This document shows positions 48,478 to 61,226 of a stretch of 64,000 nt of DNA, in pieces; position 1 is the first letter of the stretch; the number at the start of each line of letters is the position of its first letter. Below the pieces are notes generated by a model. The model was not told the DNA's origin, did not search any database, and worked only from the letters and a program-made list of their open reading frames with translations. The position numbers and the translations under genes are program-made. The stretch is from assembly GCF_000002075.1 (NCBI RefSeq), contig NW_004797438.1, positions 361,535-425,534 on the forward strand, read 5' to 3'. Source of the stretch: Aplysia californica (lineage: Eukaryota).

Positions 48478-48747
48478 TTTATATTTAATAAGAGTATTAC
48501 TATTACAGCATTTGCAATACAACAGGTCATATAAGTGCTGGAGATAAGAGGTTTTGCTATAGAATTTTGTTTTAGTAAGTGTTTTACCGCACTTGCAACA
48601 CAATAAAATAAGGTCATACAAGAGCCGAAGAATAGACGTGTTTCAAGAGACTAACAACATACACACGAAAAAGAGGAGAGATAATGGATGACAAATGTTA
48701 GATAGGAAAGAAGGAGCAAACCACACCAGAGCACCCACCCACCACCC
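48478..48747 (-). mobile_element. S1 retroposon plus an extra tail fragment
   Basis: Consensus match. Confidence 0.75.
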
Positions 48748-51700
48748 ATTGCTATAGAGTATAGAGTAACGAAAAGACAAAAAAACAAAAAAAAAGGAGA
48801 GAAAAAGAAAAAACAATACTGTACAAAGACTTGCAGCCCATCTACAGTGAATTAAGGCACAAGACCTCACAAACATCTGTCAGTTAATTGACCCGCCCCA
48901 TTCAGACAGACAGAATTATGAGCCACCCATTCACACAGACAGGCGGTAGAAGAAAAATGTGAGTAAATGGAAAAAACGGAATCTAAACTTTTTGAACAAA
49001 AACTCTGTTGCAGAAACCCTCTCATGTGGACTTCAGACATAATTTTTAAAATTTTAAGTTACATAAAGCACTTTCGCTATTGCAAGACAGGGGTAACTTT
49101 GTTTTCGACATTTTGATGGGAAATAACAAAAGTGAGCTAATGGAACAAACTAAAACTCAAAATTTTTGTTCTGAGACTATTGCTGTAACTACTCACTCTG
49201 TCAACACAATAGGCAAAGTGGTTGTTAGAAATTACAGGTAGGGCCTATGTATTTACCTAAGGAACACGAAGAATGACTAGATCGCACAAGACCTGGAAAT
49301 GGATGGAGCCTTTTGTTTCCTTCAGAGCAGACATAAATTGCCAGAGTAGGGATAAGTTACATAGGAGGCTGTTAAAGTAAAGTGTTGGACTGGAGGGCAA
49401 ATGGTGTGAAAATGCCTTCTAGTTATTTAGTAGTTCAAGTCTCCCCAATCAGCCTGTGCATCTTCATGCAAAATTTAAATAAATTGTCCGTTTTTAAATA
49501 GAAAAAAAGTATATAATATGCTCGCCTCAATACAAATAGTAAGTTCCACAAATTCAAATAGTTCTATGCTCATGCATGCATTTCTTTTTTAATAAAAGTG
49601 TTTTTACCACCACCCCCCTCCCCCATTCATACAATTTAGATCAATAAGGAGCATGCCTATCTATTCTAAAAATGTCCCCTTTTTGCAAAGGCACATAAGA
49701 GAACTAGAAGTACTACCCCTCCTAAATAAATCATAAGTCCACAAGAAAAAGTTTCTGCGAGTAATTAAAAGATACAGATTTTGACAAATAGTCCTGACCA
49801 GCCTATCCTAAAGCAAGAAGCATCTGCTTTTTTAAACTTTCAGACAAAGTTAGTAGTAAGGAACAAAAATATTAATACATAGAGGCAGATAATCTTCGGC
49901 TCTTCAACATTCAAGCATTACAGTTGCAGTTACAGGCTTTTGAGCAAATATAAAATACACCTGTACACAAACATAAAATAAACATGTATACATGTATAGA
50001 AAAAAAAAAAAAAGTTAATTAATGCACTTTGACTACAGTGAAACATGAGTTACTTTGCTTCAAGGGGTAGCTTTGACTATGACGCAGATGAATGCTGATC
50101 CACTCAGATGCGTGAGAAAAATGTTAAATAGGAAAATTAATTAATTATTAATTTCCTGAAAACCCAGTCAACAGACAATCAAACGCTTCACATGAGATTG
50201 ATCAGTTTTCTTTTCTTTCGCTTTGACAATATGGACTTCTCTATTCTTTAAGAGAATAAAAAAGCAAAATGATATTTTTTTTAAAGCAACCAAATAAGCT
50301 AAGACAAGATTTGTGAGAACAAATGTACAGTACATCTTGGTCTTAAAAATAGTAAAACATATAGGATGCCATACAAATAAAATATCATTAGCACGATTGC
50401 TTTCAAAGACACCACCTTTTCTGAGTATCTCATCCACAATGAAATAGTTCACACCACGAAAATGTCTTTTAATTAAGAAAAAACTTCAAATGGGGGGAGG
50501 AGGAAAAATCATCAGACTAATTACTAAAACAGCCCAGTTCGTACCTAAAAAAAAGTTATTGAAGAGCCCTATATTAGGGTACATTCTTGCAAAACGCTAC
50601 ATGTGATAAATGTGCTTTCAGACCCACTGCACAAGACTAAGACATGCTTCATGTGGGAAAACAATAATGGAATCATGGCACTATTTTCAAGAGGATTCAT
50701 GAAAAAAACATCAGCAAGTGAGTCAGTAAGTATGATAGAAATAAACAGAAAAACCTCTTCCATAACAACAAAATCAGTCCGAGCAGAATTTGCTTATGAT
50801 GATGTAAAATGAGTAATACAGACAGCACAAACTAACGAGGCCAATCCCCAACCAACACCCCCCCCCCCCCCAAAAAAAAAAAAAACAACATAAAAAATAT
50901 TTAAAAATGTAAAAATCATGTTTCCCATTTTACTGTAGAACCTCATCAGATAATTTCACCAGAGTTCACTGACGGTAAGCAAAGTCTGCTTGCTCATTTG
51001 CATTTCTGCCCCCTTTCTAAATCCAAGCTTCCAAATGCATATGTACATTTACAGTTACGCAGAGGTTTTACAATACATCCTGATAGCCTAAATGTAACTG
51101 AATCACTAGAAGAGATGAAATATTATACAGAGAATAACAAGCATCCTAAAAATAATATCATTTGTAACATTGATGGAAGTAAAACAGCTCGAATAACCCC
51201 CACTCCCACGCAAGCATTCCAAATAAATCTTCTAACACCGAGTGGAGTCGTGACATAGCCGCATGAATAAAAGTCACAGAAAGTGACAACTGCCGATAAT
51301 GTTAGAGTTAGAGCAACAAATATCCTTGTTCCATGCATTTTGTTTCGTGAATTGTCAGTCTATGGGGTAAGGAGCTTGATTCTCTGGCCAAAGTAGCGGG
51401 TTCAATTCTCCGTTTCAGAAGGCAGAGTTTAGAGATGCTTTGACCTTTTTCCCTAACACTTGATAAAATATCTTACCAAGCTACTTCTTTTGAGTTTTAA
51501 AAAAAAATTTTTTTTTAAATCTAGATGTTTTTATTCCCCATCAACACATTTTAGATCAATATAATAGGAAGGAAAGATGACCTGGCCTGCCAGAAGGACA
51601 GAGGTACTTTATAAAAAAAAAAAAAAGCTTCCCACACAAGAATCAAACTGACGTCTCTAGCATCAGATATATGGCAAAGGGCTTTAATATTATTATTACA

Positions 51701-51863
51701 TCACAGACTGACTGCTCAGTGTTGGACTCTATCAATCATACGTCACTTTTCAAAATAGTGCAAAGCCCGGTTTTACACTCAGCAGTCGAGATACGAGAGA
51801 ACTCACACGAGCACTGTGATAGAGTCATCATAATTGCAAGCACTCCAAGCTATCACAAACAGA

Positions 51864-52054
51864 TTAGTTTTAGTACGAGTTTTACAGCAATTTGTTTTAG
51901 TACAGGTATTACGGCGCTCGCAACTGCATATAGAGGTGTTATAAGAGAGTAACAAACACACACACACAAAAAAAAAGGAGGAGAGATAAGGACGATATTT
52001 GTTTGATAGGTAAGAAAAAGCAAACCCCACACCAGAACACCTGCAAACCACCCA
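51864..52054 (-). mobile_element. S1 retroposon
   Basis: Consensus match with an internal deletion. Confidence 0.78.
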
Positions 52055-52433
52055 CACACATTTTTGCTTCAAGCCGCCATGTGAAGCCATAGGCTCTAGA
52101 CTCCGTTGACTTAGGTAACCCTACATTACCCAAGCTCACCAACTGCCAAACAGTAAGCATTAGCAAAGTGAAATCTGCAGTGCTTTCTTTAATTAGATTG
52201 TAATGGTAATGGAAATGGATGCTAAGCCAAAGATAAACCATACAAAAACTTCAGAGAGAAATGACATTATTTATATATTACTACGTTATATCACAAGTTC
52301 TCTTTGATGAATAAATTTAATAACATTATAACTTCCATGACCATATGAATGGCCCTTTCTCTACCACTTTCATAACCATATGACTATTTTATCCTTTTTT
52401 TGACACCTCGGGTTTGGGCCAATGACCACAGTC

Positions 52434-52571
52434 TGTTTTTAGTTTTCGTAAGACTTTTACGGCACTTGCAACACAATAAGGTCATATATATATATATATA
52501 TAAGTGTCGAAGATTAGAAGTGTTACAAGAGAGTAACTAACATAAAAAAGAAGGAAGAGAGATCAGGACGA
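52434..52571 (-). mobile_element. 5'-truncated S1 retroposon
   Basis: TSD TGACCACAGTC. Confidence 0.82.
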
Positions 52572-54134
52572 TTGACCACAGTCATATTTAAGCAGTGCAG
52601 TCAATGTCAGTTTTTACAGGAGTAAATTCTCTATAAAACGTCATAGGGTATGTCAATAGCAAGTCTATGTATGAACTACGTTCTAAAATATGCCATAAGA
52701 ATGTATTGTGCAAGAGATAATTACATGCAAGACAAAAGGACAAACTCAAAGAAGAGATAAGCCAATAATTAAACACAGACACAGACACCCCCACACCAGT
52801 GTTTAGTCAAAATGGCAACTGCATTCTCCCCCCTCCCCCCCTACACACACACACGCGACAGATCAGTGCTTGACATAGAGTCAGAACCTTGAAATAAAAT
52901 GGAATCATTAATGTGGCATCACATGAAGAGACAAAGGAACCACAGCCCCATCCTAAAATACTTAAACGACATGCGTAGTAGTTAGTTATGATTGTAAAGC
53001 AACAGGAAGCAAGATACACCGGCTGATTGGGAGAATGGAAGGAGAAGAACCTTATTGCAAGTTTCTACATTTTCAAGAGCACAACAAACTCTGTTACCTG
53101 CTGAGAAAGTCTGGAGAGTCTGAGTTCGCTTTCCGGTTGAAGTAAGTTGAAAGCAACAACAACAACAAAAATTTTTTTAAAGAAAAAGAAAAGAAAACCA
53201 ACAAAAAAAACAATCCCAAAATTGTTTTAAAGCACAAGTAAATCGTAACAAAAAGTGTTTGGGGTTTCAAAATTTGAAGACTGAACTGATATGTTTCTCA
53301 GCTAATTATAATTTATAAAGGAGTGCACACCAGGCATATTCAGCAACAAAATACCCTGGGAAAAACAACAACAGCTCTAATGACACACTCTTCGAAGGCT
53401 ACGACACAAAACCGAAAACACGCAGGATAAAAGAGGGCAACTTAACACGACGTACTCTCTGTCTCATAAATAGCCAACACTTTAGGAATGACCAAAAACA
53501 CAGACTTTCTTATTCTAAATATCCAACAGCAAAATCTATTCATATATATATATAATTAACATATATATAAGAAAACGTTCCAAGTCTCCCAGTTTTCTGT
53601 GAACACACCTTTACACCATTAAATAAGAGATATATACGCTTCTCTCACACCATGGGGGCAGTAAATTAATCAAAAGAAATAACAAAAACATTTGGAAATT
53701 AGTATTGTTTAACTTGATGAACAAAACGGCATTCCTCATAGGGCTCCAGAGAACACTCACTCATGTTGAAGCGAAGAGGGTGAAAAACAAACAAATTATG
53801 GATATATTATAGATCACAAATCTCATTTCACTCCCCCATCGAAACAATTTAGATCATTTAGGAGGCAGGCCACTTTGATCCTGCCTGTCAGGGCCAGTAG
53901 AGTCTGAGTGGGACGCCACAACATCCAAGCAGTCTCGGTAAAAAATATTCCCTTCATGGAAATTTAATTCCCATTTTTTGTACACAACGGTGAAGAGCTT
54001 TACCAATAGGCTCCTACACTGTATAAGCTGGTACTAGTATCTTTATTATTATTGAGATGTCAAAGACACCCCTATCATTTGAACAACAGTCGTCAGAAGC
54101 AAAAGAGAAAAAAAAAGAGACAGGAAGCCATAAT

Positions 54135-54315
54135 CTGTCCCCGTGGTTTTATGCACCCCGCATAATTTAGCAAAATTCTATCATTTTTTTGCATAATTTC
54201 CTATTATTTTCCTTTATCACTCTTTTGTTAAAATTAACAGAATCGCCTAATTTCACATTTTTGGGCTCAGTTTGCATAATTTCAGAATTTTTCTTGCATA
54301 AAACGACGGGGACAG
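54135..54315. mobile_element. M6 MITE with 6-bp TSD
   Basis: CATAAT|CTGTCCCCGTGGTTTTATGCA...TGCATAAAACGACGGGGACAG|CATAAT. Confidence 0.9.
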
Positions 54316-54918
54316 CATAATTAAACAGAAGAACACAAAAGAACGTTATTAAAGTGAATGAATTAACCCCACAGTAACGGCACATGAGTCATAAGAAAGA
54401 GGACAGGATCATCAAATATGAGAAACTCAGAGTGGGGAAATTTTATCCTGTGACGGACACATTACCCGCCATGATATGCTCCAAAAAAGAACACACCCCC
54501 CCCCCCTTCTAAATTATTGATTTCCTACATTTGTAAGAAAAAATTCATTCCTAATACACAATTAATTTTGATTCAGTTTTCCAGTCACGGCTAATACTGG
54601 CTCATCCCCCCACAAAGATGTGGAGATACACTACAATTTAAGTACATACCCCAGCCAGTAAATTCTGCATGTATGAATACAGTTGCTGTCTTTTTTTTTT
54701 GTATGCAAAGTATTCTTACTCCCAGAATGCCTCATAATCATAAATCATAACACATTCTGTGAGTCTTTAGCTGTAGATATATATGCTCGGATTATTTACC
54801 AGCTCCTAAAGAGAGAACAGACAGGATTTCTCTTTCTTGTAAATTAAGTAAAAAAAACCAAACACCCAACAAACCAACGGTTTTGCTTCTTTTGCCAACA
54901 GAACACATATAAACAAAT

Positions 54919-55352
54919 GTGAGGCAGCGTGGTGGAATCAGGCTCTCGTCAATTTTTGGGCATATTGAGTTATTGGTATCATCTTACAGCTTGTTCATTT
55001 GTCTTGCTTTCAAAGAAAAAATTACCCATCCATCTTCAATAGAAGTAGAGATATTTTGGATTGAAGGAGGTGGGGGTCACCTGGTTTTAGAGGTAAAATT
55101 AGTGAGAAAATGGCCGCCAAAGCTAGGTAAATTCCAAAGCTGGAGAGTCCATGGAAACTATAAATTTATATTTTTTGTGCGTTTAATCAACGTTTTCGGT
55201 GAAATCATCAAAGGAATGTGTTTGTAAATGGACATAAAAGGTGTTAAGCCAAAAAACAAAAATTGGATAAAAATTGTTAAGCAGGGAGAAAACTGCTGTT
55301 TTCTTCGATTTCATTATTTTGACTAGAGCCTGATTCCACCACGCTGCCTCAC
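54919..55352. mobile_element. 434-bp MITE with AAAT TSD (Sola1-like)
   Basis: 28-bp perfect TIR GTGAGGCAGCGTGGTGGAATCAGGCTCT; AAAT on both sides. Confidence 0.85.
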
Positions 55353-55431
55353 AAATATTCTTTTGACTTTAGACCACAGGGCAATTTTTTTCCCAGCCAA
55401 TAAAACAAAGTGAAATTCCTTTCCACATTCA

Positions 55432-55495
55432 AACACATTTACAATATTTTGATAAAAGAACACATTTACAGTCTTTTGATAAAAGAACACATTTT
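55432..55495. repeat. 27-bp tandem repeat (about 2.3 copies)
   Basis: AACACATTTACARTMTTTTGATAAAAG. Confidence 0.8.
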
Positions 55496-56641
55496 CAAGC
55501 TCATTCATAGGTTAACAGTTGTTTAGCTTGTGAAAAAGCAAAACAGACAGACAAAAACCGCAAAAGTATAGTATAGTATTAGTATTAGTAAAGAGCTACC
55601 CAATGGAGCCACCCAGACAGACAGACAGAAATGTATAGTAAAGAAAAACGACCTACCAGAGGAAAAAAAGCAAGAAAGACAGACAGAAACAAAAGGAGTG
55701 AAATAATAAAAGTAGGACCCGCAAATATCATCCTCCAACAACTCAAGTAGTAGCAGCTTGGACGTCCAGCAAGTTCTTCCTATCTGAGCACAACAATAGA
55801 AAGAAACAAAGAAAAAAAAACAACAACCCAAAAACAAATAGACTGAAAGACAAGAAGAGATTGCTTTGGCTGATGTCCACAGTCTTACACATTGACTAAG
55901 ACCAACAAGTGAAAAACTGAGTGATAAAATCATTGTCATGGTATAAAAACCAAGCAACTAAATGCTGTTATATCATTTTATTCAAATGTTGTTAATTGGT
56001 GAAAGAGAGGCATGTTGAGAGGCTTGTTTTGACCGTTTAAGAAAAGAGAAGCACATCGCCACAACAACGATCATTTCAAGCAGGGGAAAAGGCAAGATAG
56101 ACAGATAGACAGACAGATAGGCAGACGGGCAGAAACAAGAGGGAAAAAAAAAAAAGAAGTAGGACCTGCCAGTGGCACTCTCAAACCACCTGCATGTTGC
56201 TTGGACAATTGCCACTGTGCACTCGGAAAATGCAAGGAAAGAAAGACAAGACGTACCAAAGGGATAATTAAGAAGAAGATTCCCATACAGGCACCGTCAA
56301 ACCAATCACAGCGGTCAAATACAACAGAAGACTCTGTAAGGGAAAGATGCTTTGTTGTTATCGACCCCGGAAAGATGCTTTTACAACTGAACGTTGGAAA
56401 AATTGGTTCACAAACTTAAGTTGACCCACGTGCTTTATAATTCATTGTCTTTATCGCATATCAGAAAAAAACAAAAAACAACCACATTGTTCCTCTTCCA
56501 AGTGGGCAGCTCAATGAATGTCACCTTGTTCACATGGAGGTGGGGTAGGGGGGCGGGGCGGAGAGACAATTGAATGTTGTTGAACTCCATCCCAAATGTA
56601 CAGCATTCTGAGAGAGTCAAAATCCCCCCTCTCCTTCTTTC

Positions 56642-56870
56642 TGTAATCCCCAGTCATCATCTGGTCATCAATGCAGGGGGCGGGAGAGTAAAAGAGACAA
56701 TACCCCCCCCCCCAACGCTTCCTGCTGTGTAATCCCCTCTCATTCTCTGGCCATCAATGCAGGGGGTGGGAGTGTACGAGAGTAAGAGAGACAGTCCTCT
56801 CCCTACCCCCGCCCCCCCCTCAACCCCTTCCTGCTGTGTAATCCCCTCCCCTCTCATCATCTGGTCGTCA
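56642..56870. repeat. ~86-109-bp tandem duplication overlapping the SDR stop codon
   Basis: TGTAATCCCC anchors at 56642, 56728 and 56837. Confidence 0.75.
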
Positions 56871-57132
56871 TCCCGCTCAGTGCCTGGGGCCTCAGCTGTT
56901 TGGGCACGAGATTAATGCTACTGGAGACGCAGTCGGCCATCCACACTGGCAGCAGTGGGTAGACACACATGAGGATCTCGGCCCCCCCGCCGCAGGGGAA
57001 CCTCTCCCGCGGCCGCTTGGACAGCAGGGCGCTCCGCAGACAGCGGATTACTGGGCTCAGGTCGCGGGGGTACGACTGAGCGTGGGTCAGAATGTGAGCG
57101 TAGGCGGAGTCGAAGTACTCTTTGCCGTAGAT
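56857..57132 (-). CDS. SDR last coding exon (IYGKEYFDSAY...ALSGMTTR*)
   Basis: CTCCAG| acceptor, 276 nt to TGA. Confidence 0.9.
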   Translation of the reverse strand: MYGKEYFDSAYAHILTHAQSYPRDLSPVIRCLRSALLSKRPRERFPCGGGAEILMCVYPLLPVWMADCVSSSINLVPKQLRPQALSGMTTR

Positions 57133-60100
57133 CTGGAGAAAACACAACGATTACATTTCAGCAACAACAGCTGTGACTTTTATTTTGTTTGTTTTAGTAG
57201 AGGTTTTACGACGCTCGCAACTGCATAAGGTCATATGAGCGCCAGAAGATTAGAAGTCTTACAAGAGAGTAACAAACATAAAAAAGAAGGAGGGGAGATA
57301 AGGACGATAGATGTTTGATAGGAAAGAAGAAGCAAACCACACCGGAGCACCCGTCAACCACCCAATTTGACTTTTTTTTCTTTCTTTTTTCTTGTTTGAG
57401 TTTGAGTAAAGAGAAGCCTACTATGATGAGATAAAAGTCAATCAGTGCTGGGAAAAAGCAAGATAGGCTGACAGAGACAACTGGTGTGTTCCTAATTGTG
57501 TGAGTGCGCACACGCGCGTGCATTTGTGAGTGTGTGTGTGGGCTATGCATACTGGCATGTGCAAATGGGTCAACATGTATACAGTAGAGTTTGTGCATGT
57601 AGAGAGTGTAAGCAAATATATGTGAGTGTGCTAGCGTATATGCACATGATCAGTATGTACATATGGCCTTGTTTGTTTGTTTCAGTAAAGAGATGTACAC
57701 AGACACAATGGTAATTTAGTGCTGTGAAAAAAGAAAGACAGACAGACAAAAGTGTGTGTGTGTGTATGTGTGTGTGTGTGTGTGTATGTGTGTGTGCGCA
57801 TCGTTGTATGTGTATTATGTTATCCTCTTATAAATAAAAATTCCTAGCTAGCACCATTGTTTCTGTTAACAGATAATCATCAAAGGCACACAAACCTCAA
57901 TGGTCCCAATAAATAATTCAAACGAAAGTTCCTCAAAAGAAATTAATACTCAATCACATACACAAAAAAAGAGAGCACAATCAACTCACTTGTCTGGTTT
58001 CTTCATCCAATGCAGACCACAGCTCCTCTTTCTTCCTCTGTAGAGAATGCTCCTGCATGACTCCTGAAACAAGCGCAAGACAAAAGGCATTCAGGGCTTA
58101 GTTTGTAGTTTGATTGACAGTTTTACAGCACTTGCAACACAATAAGGTCATGTAAGTGCCAAAGATTAAAGGTATTACAAGAGAGTAATAAATACAAAAA
58201 GGAAACAGGGAAAAATCAGGACGATAGGTCAACTTTGATGAGAAAGAAAGAGCAAACCACATCAGAGCACCTGCCAACCAACAAATTCATGGCTTAAGTT
58301 AAGCAGAGTTGTCAATTATGTTTCTAAGTCTTTCATATTAGTAGAATGACAATCAACAACTAAATCCTTTGAGTCCTAACGATAGTGCGTAAAACTGTGC
58401 TTGTATGCCTTGTCACGGGTACACCAGAGAGCGAGACCTTATCCCCACCCCCACCAGTCTGGGAGAAAGTTTTCGTTTTAGTAGAGGTTTCATGGCGCTC
58501 GCAACTGCATAATGTCATATGAGCGCCAGAAGATTAGAAGAGTTACAAGAGAGTAACAAGCACAAAAAAAGAAGGACGGGAGATAAAGACGATAGATGTT
58601 CAATAGGAAAGAAGAAGTAAACCACACCAGAGCACCCGCCAACCACCCACAAACAGTGTTTACGACAAAGGACGCTATTGATTATTTTGAAGATCTTTCT
58701 AAATTAAATGCTGGTAATAAATGACGAGGACTACCCAGAGAGGGATTTGAAATGTGATTCTGACGATCGTATGAATGTTAGTAATATATCGCTCAGGAGC
58801 TAATCTTTCAACTCTGTTGTGGCCACAACAGACTCAAACACCACATGCACACTAAATTAAAAGTCGGAGAGTCCGGGATCTGTGAGTGTGGACACCACCA
58901 AGAGGATGCCAACCATTATAATCCTTCAGCACTGCCCGCGCTACGCCACCCTTCTTACACAGATGTAGCAGAATGTGACTCCTCTTGAGAGAAAGTTTCA
59001 TGGAGGTCTCTCACGCTCAGATTTGAAGCGAACTGCACAGTCTGTGCACGACATCGGACAGACTGTCTAGCTGCTGTCATCGAGAACAAGGAAGAAGAAG
59101 AAAAAGCTCAGGAGCTCAGGCAGAGGGGCACGGTAGCCTCAGGAGGTCAGGGCTCAAAGGGTTGAAAAAAAACTTAACTATACAGGAAGAAATCTGAATA
59201 AATACAAATTGTAAACTGTATATTTAAATTATTTTCACTCCTGAGTCTGAATATATTATAATTACCAATTGTAAAAAAAGTAAATTTTTACTTCTGTGTC
59301 AGAGAGACCCATTAATCATAAAACATTTTAAGTCGGCTGTGTCACGGAAATTTTCCTCTATGGCTGTTAAATGCGACTTTTCCTGAGGGGTTACAAAAGA
59401 TTTCGTTATATGGTCTGAGCAACCAAATCTTTTGAAAAGCAATACGTTGGTGAAAAAAATTTGCATAACACCCACACCAAGTGCAAAACAAGTGATAGGG
59501 GGAAGTGATACCAAAATGATACCACAATGATGGGTAAGAGTACCTTTCTACTGAGAAACAGGTAAATGAAGGTAACAGGTGGTTTGGGGGGGTGGGGGGG
59601 TTATAGGAGAGGGGGGGTCCATTATAGCTGAGACACGGAGCTAAATGTAAGTTTATAGACGTGTGAGTGTGTGAGTGTGTATGTGTGCGTGTTTGTGAGT
59701 GTGTATGTGTGCGTGTGTGTGTGTGTGTGTGTGTATGTGCGAGCGTGTGTGTCCCCATATGTGTCTGCATGTGTGCGTGAGCTTGTGCATGAGCTTGTGC
59801 GTGTGTTTATATGTATCTGAATCAGANNNNNNNNNNNNNNNNNNNNNNNNNNNNNNNNNNNNNNNNNNNNNNNNNNNNNNNNNNNNNNNNNNNNNNNNNN
59901 NNNNNNNNNNNNNNNNNNNNNNNNNNNNNNNNNNNNNNNNNNNNNNNNNNNNNNNNNNNNNNNNNNNNNNNNNNNNNNNNNNNNNNNNNNNNNNNNNNNN
60001 NNNCATACAAACAGACATACAAACAGACAAAGAGATGAACAGTGCAAACAGTACAAACGAGGCTGACCCACCCTCACCTGTGAAATATCCCGTGGGCTCC

Positions 60101-60215
60101 ACCAGCGAGACACAGACCCCCCACTTCTTCATCTCCATCCTCAGCGTGTTGGTGAACGCGACAAGCGCGTGTTTGGACATGCTGTAGGCCCCACAGCCCT
60201 CCACGGAGATGCGAC
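56857..60215 (-). CDS. Short-chain dehydrogenase/reductase, SDR9C group (D-beta-hydroxybutyrate dehydrogenase / retinol dehydrogenase-like); last 3 exons, 5' partial
   Basis: Exons 60078-60215, 57990-58063 and 56857-57132 join in frame with GT-AG. Catalytic YSMSK followed by HALVAFTNTLRMEMKKWGVCVSLVEP; also YGKEYF, DLSPVI and ALLSKRPRERF, typical of SDR9C. N-terminal exons not found in the window. Confidence 0.88.
57181..57364 (-). mobile_element. S1 retroposon
   Basis: Full length; TSD TGACTTTT. Confidence 0.87.
57990..58063 (-). CDS. SDR penultimate exon (VMQEHSLQRKKEELWSALDEETRQ)
   Basis: TTTCAG| acceptor, CAA|GTGAGT donor, 74 nt. Confidence 0.88.
58099..58280 (-). mobile_element. S1 retroposon
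   Basis: Full length; TSD ATTCAKGGCTTA. Confidence 0.82.
58468..58650 (-). mobile_element. S1 retroposon (A-type tail)
   Basis: Full length; stem GGCGCTC/GAGCGCC. Confidence 0.87.
58700..59105 (+). mobile_element. I-group (Ingi/Nimb-like) LINE 3' relic
   Basis: QELIFQLCCGHNRLKHHMHTKLKVGESGICECGHHQEDANH/ILQHCPRY (CCHC knuckle, frameshifted), then DLKRTA..* and a (GAA)n tail. Confidence 0.8.
60078..60215 (-). CDS. SDR exon with YxxxK (RISVEGCGAYSMSKHAL...VEPTGYFT)
   Basis: TTTCAG| acceptor, CAG|GTGAGG donor, 138 nt, phase 1/1. Confidence 0.92.
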
Positions 60216-60284
60216 CTGAAAAACAAATAAACAAACAAATAAGCAAACAAAAAAAAACAAATAAGCAAACAAACAAAAAAAACC

Positions 60285-60880
60285 AAACGATCAAACCCTG
60301 ATGGAAAACACGACGACCCACAGCTGTGACAAAACACCCCCACCAAGTGCAAATTATTATGTGTCTTCAAAGAAAAAAAAAAATAAATTAAGGAACATAT
60401 TTAGTTTCAGTAAGAGTTTTACGGCACTTGCAACACAATATAGTCATATAAGTGCCGAAGATTAGGTGTTACAAGAGAGTAACAAACACAAAATTTTTTT
60501 TGGTTTTAGTAGAGGTTTTATGGCGCTCGCAACAGCATAAGGTCATATGAGCGCTAGAGATTAGAGGTGTTACAAGAGAGTAACAAACACACATAAAAAA
60601 AGGAGGAGAGATAAGGATGATAGATGTTTGATAGGAAAGAAGGCGCAGACCACACCAGAGTACCCGCCAACTACCCACTAAGAACATATATTTATAACAT
60701 ACAATCAACCCTTGATGGAAAACAGGAGCCACGAATGTGATTATTTCATGATTATGTCTTTAAAGAAAAAAAATTTGGGAACATATAACACACAAACAAT
60801 CAACTCTTGATGAAAAACATGACCTGTGGATATGAACCTCTAATGATTACACTTTCAAAGAAAATAATGGGGAACGTCTT
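60285..60880. repeat. ~95-115-bp degenerate tandem repeat (3 units) interrupted by S1
   Basis: CAATCAAcccTTGATGGAAAACA...TTCAAAGAAAA...GGAACAT recurs at about 60288, 60701 and 60797. Confidence 0.6.
60400..60679 (-). mobile_element. S1 dimer (full A-type copy plus B-type 3' fragment)
   Basis: Consensus match. Confidence 0.82.
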
Positions 60881-61042
60881 TTATGCCCCAATCTAGATCA
60901 ATGCATAACCTTTCCCTTTCCATATTTCTTCAAAATCAGCATGTTTTACTTCTTTGGTTGCAAATTCGAGAGAACAGACACCAAAATTACGTTGAGCAAA
61001 GAAAATATAGAACACTTGAATTCACGGACAGCTCGAAGAACA

Positions 61043-61226
61043 TAGTTTTAGTTTTAGTAAAAGTTTTACAGCACTTGCAAAACAATAAGGTCATAAATAA
61101 GTGCCAAAGATTAGAAGTGTTACAGGAGAGTAACAAACACAAAATAGAAGGAGGGGAGATAAGGACGATAGAAGTTTGCTAGGAAAGAAGGAGCAAACCA
61201 CACCAGAGCACCCGCCAACCATCCAC
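61043..61226 (-). mobile_element. S1 retroposon
   Basis: Full length; TSD GAAGAACAT. Confidence 0.87.

Noticed and set aside
58700-59105. I-group LINE relic as the partner of S1
   Set aside because: It ends in (GAA)n and lacks the GGCGCTC/GAGCGCC hairpin tail
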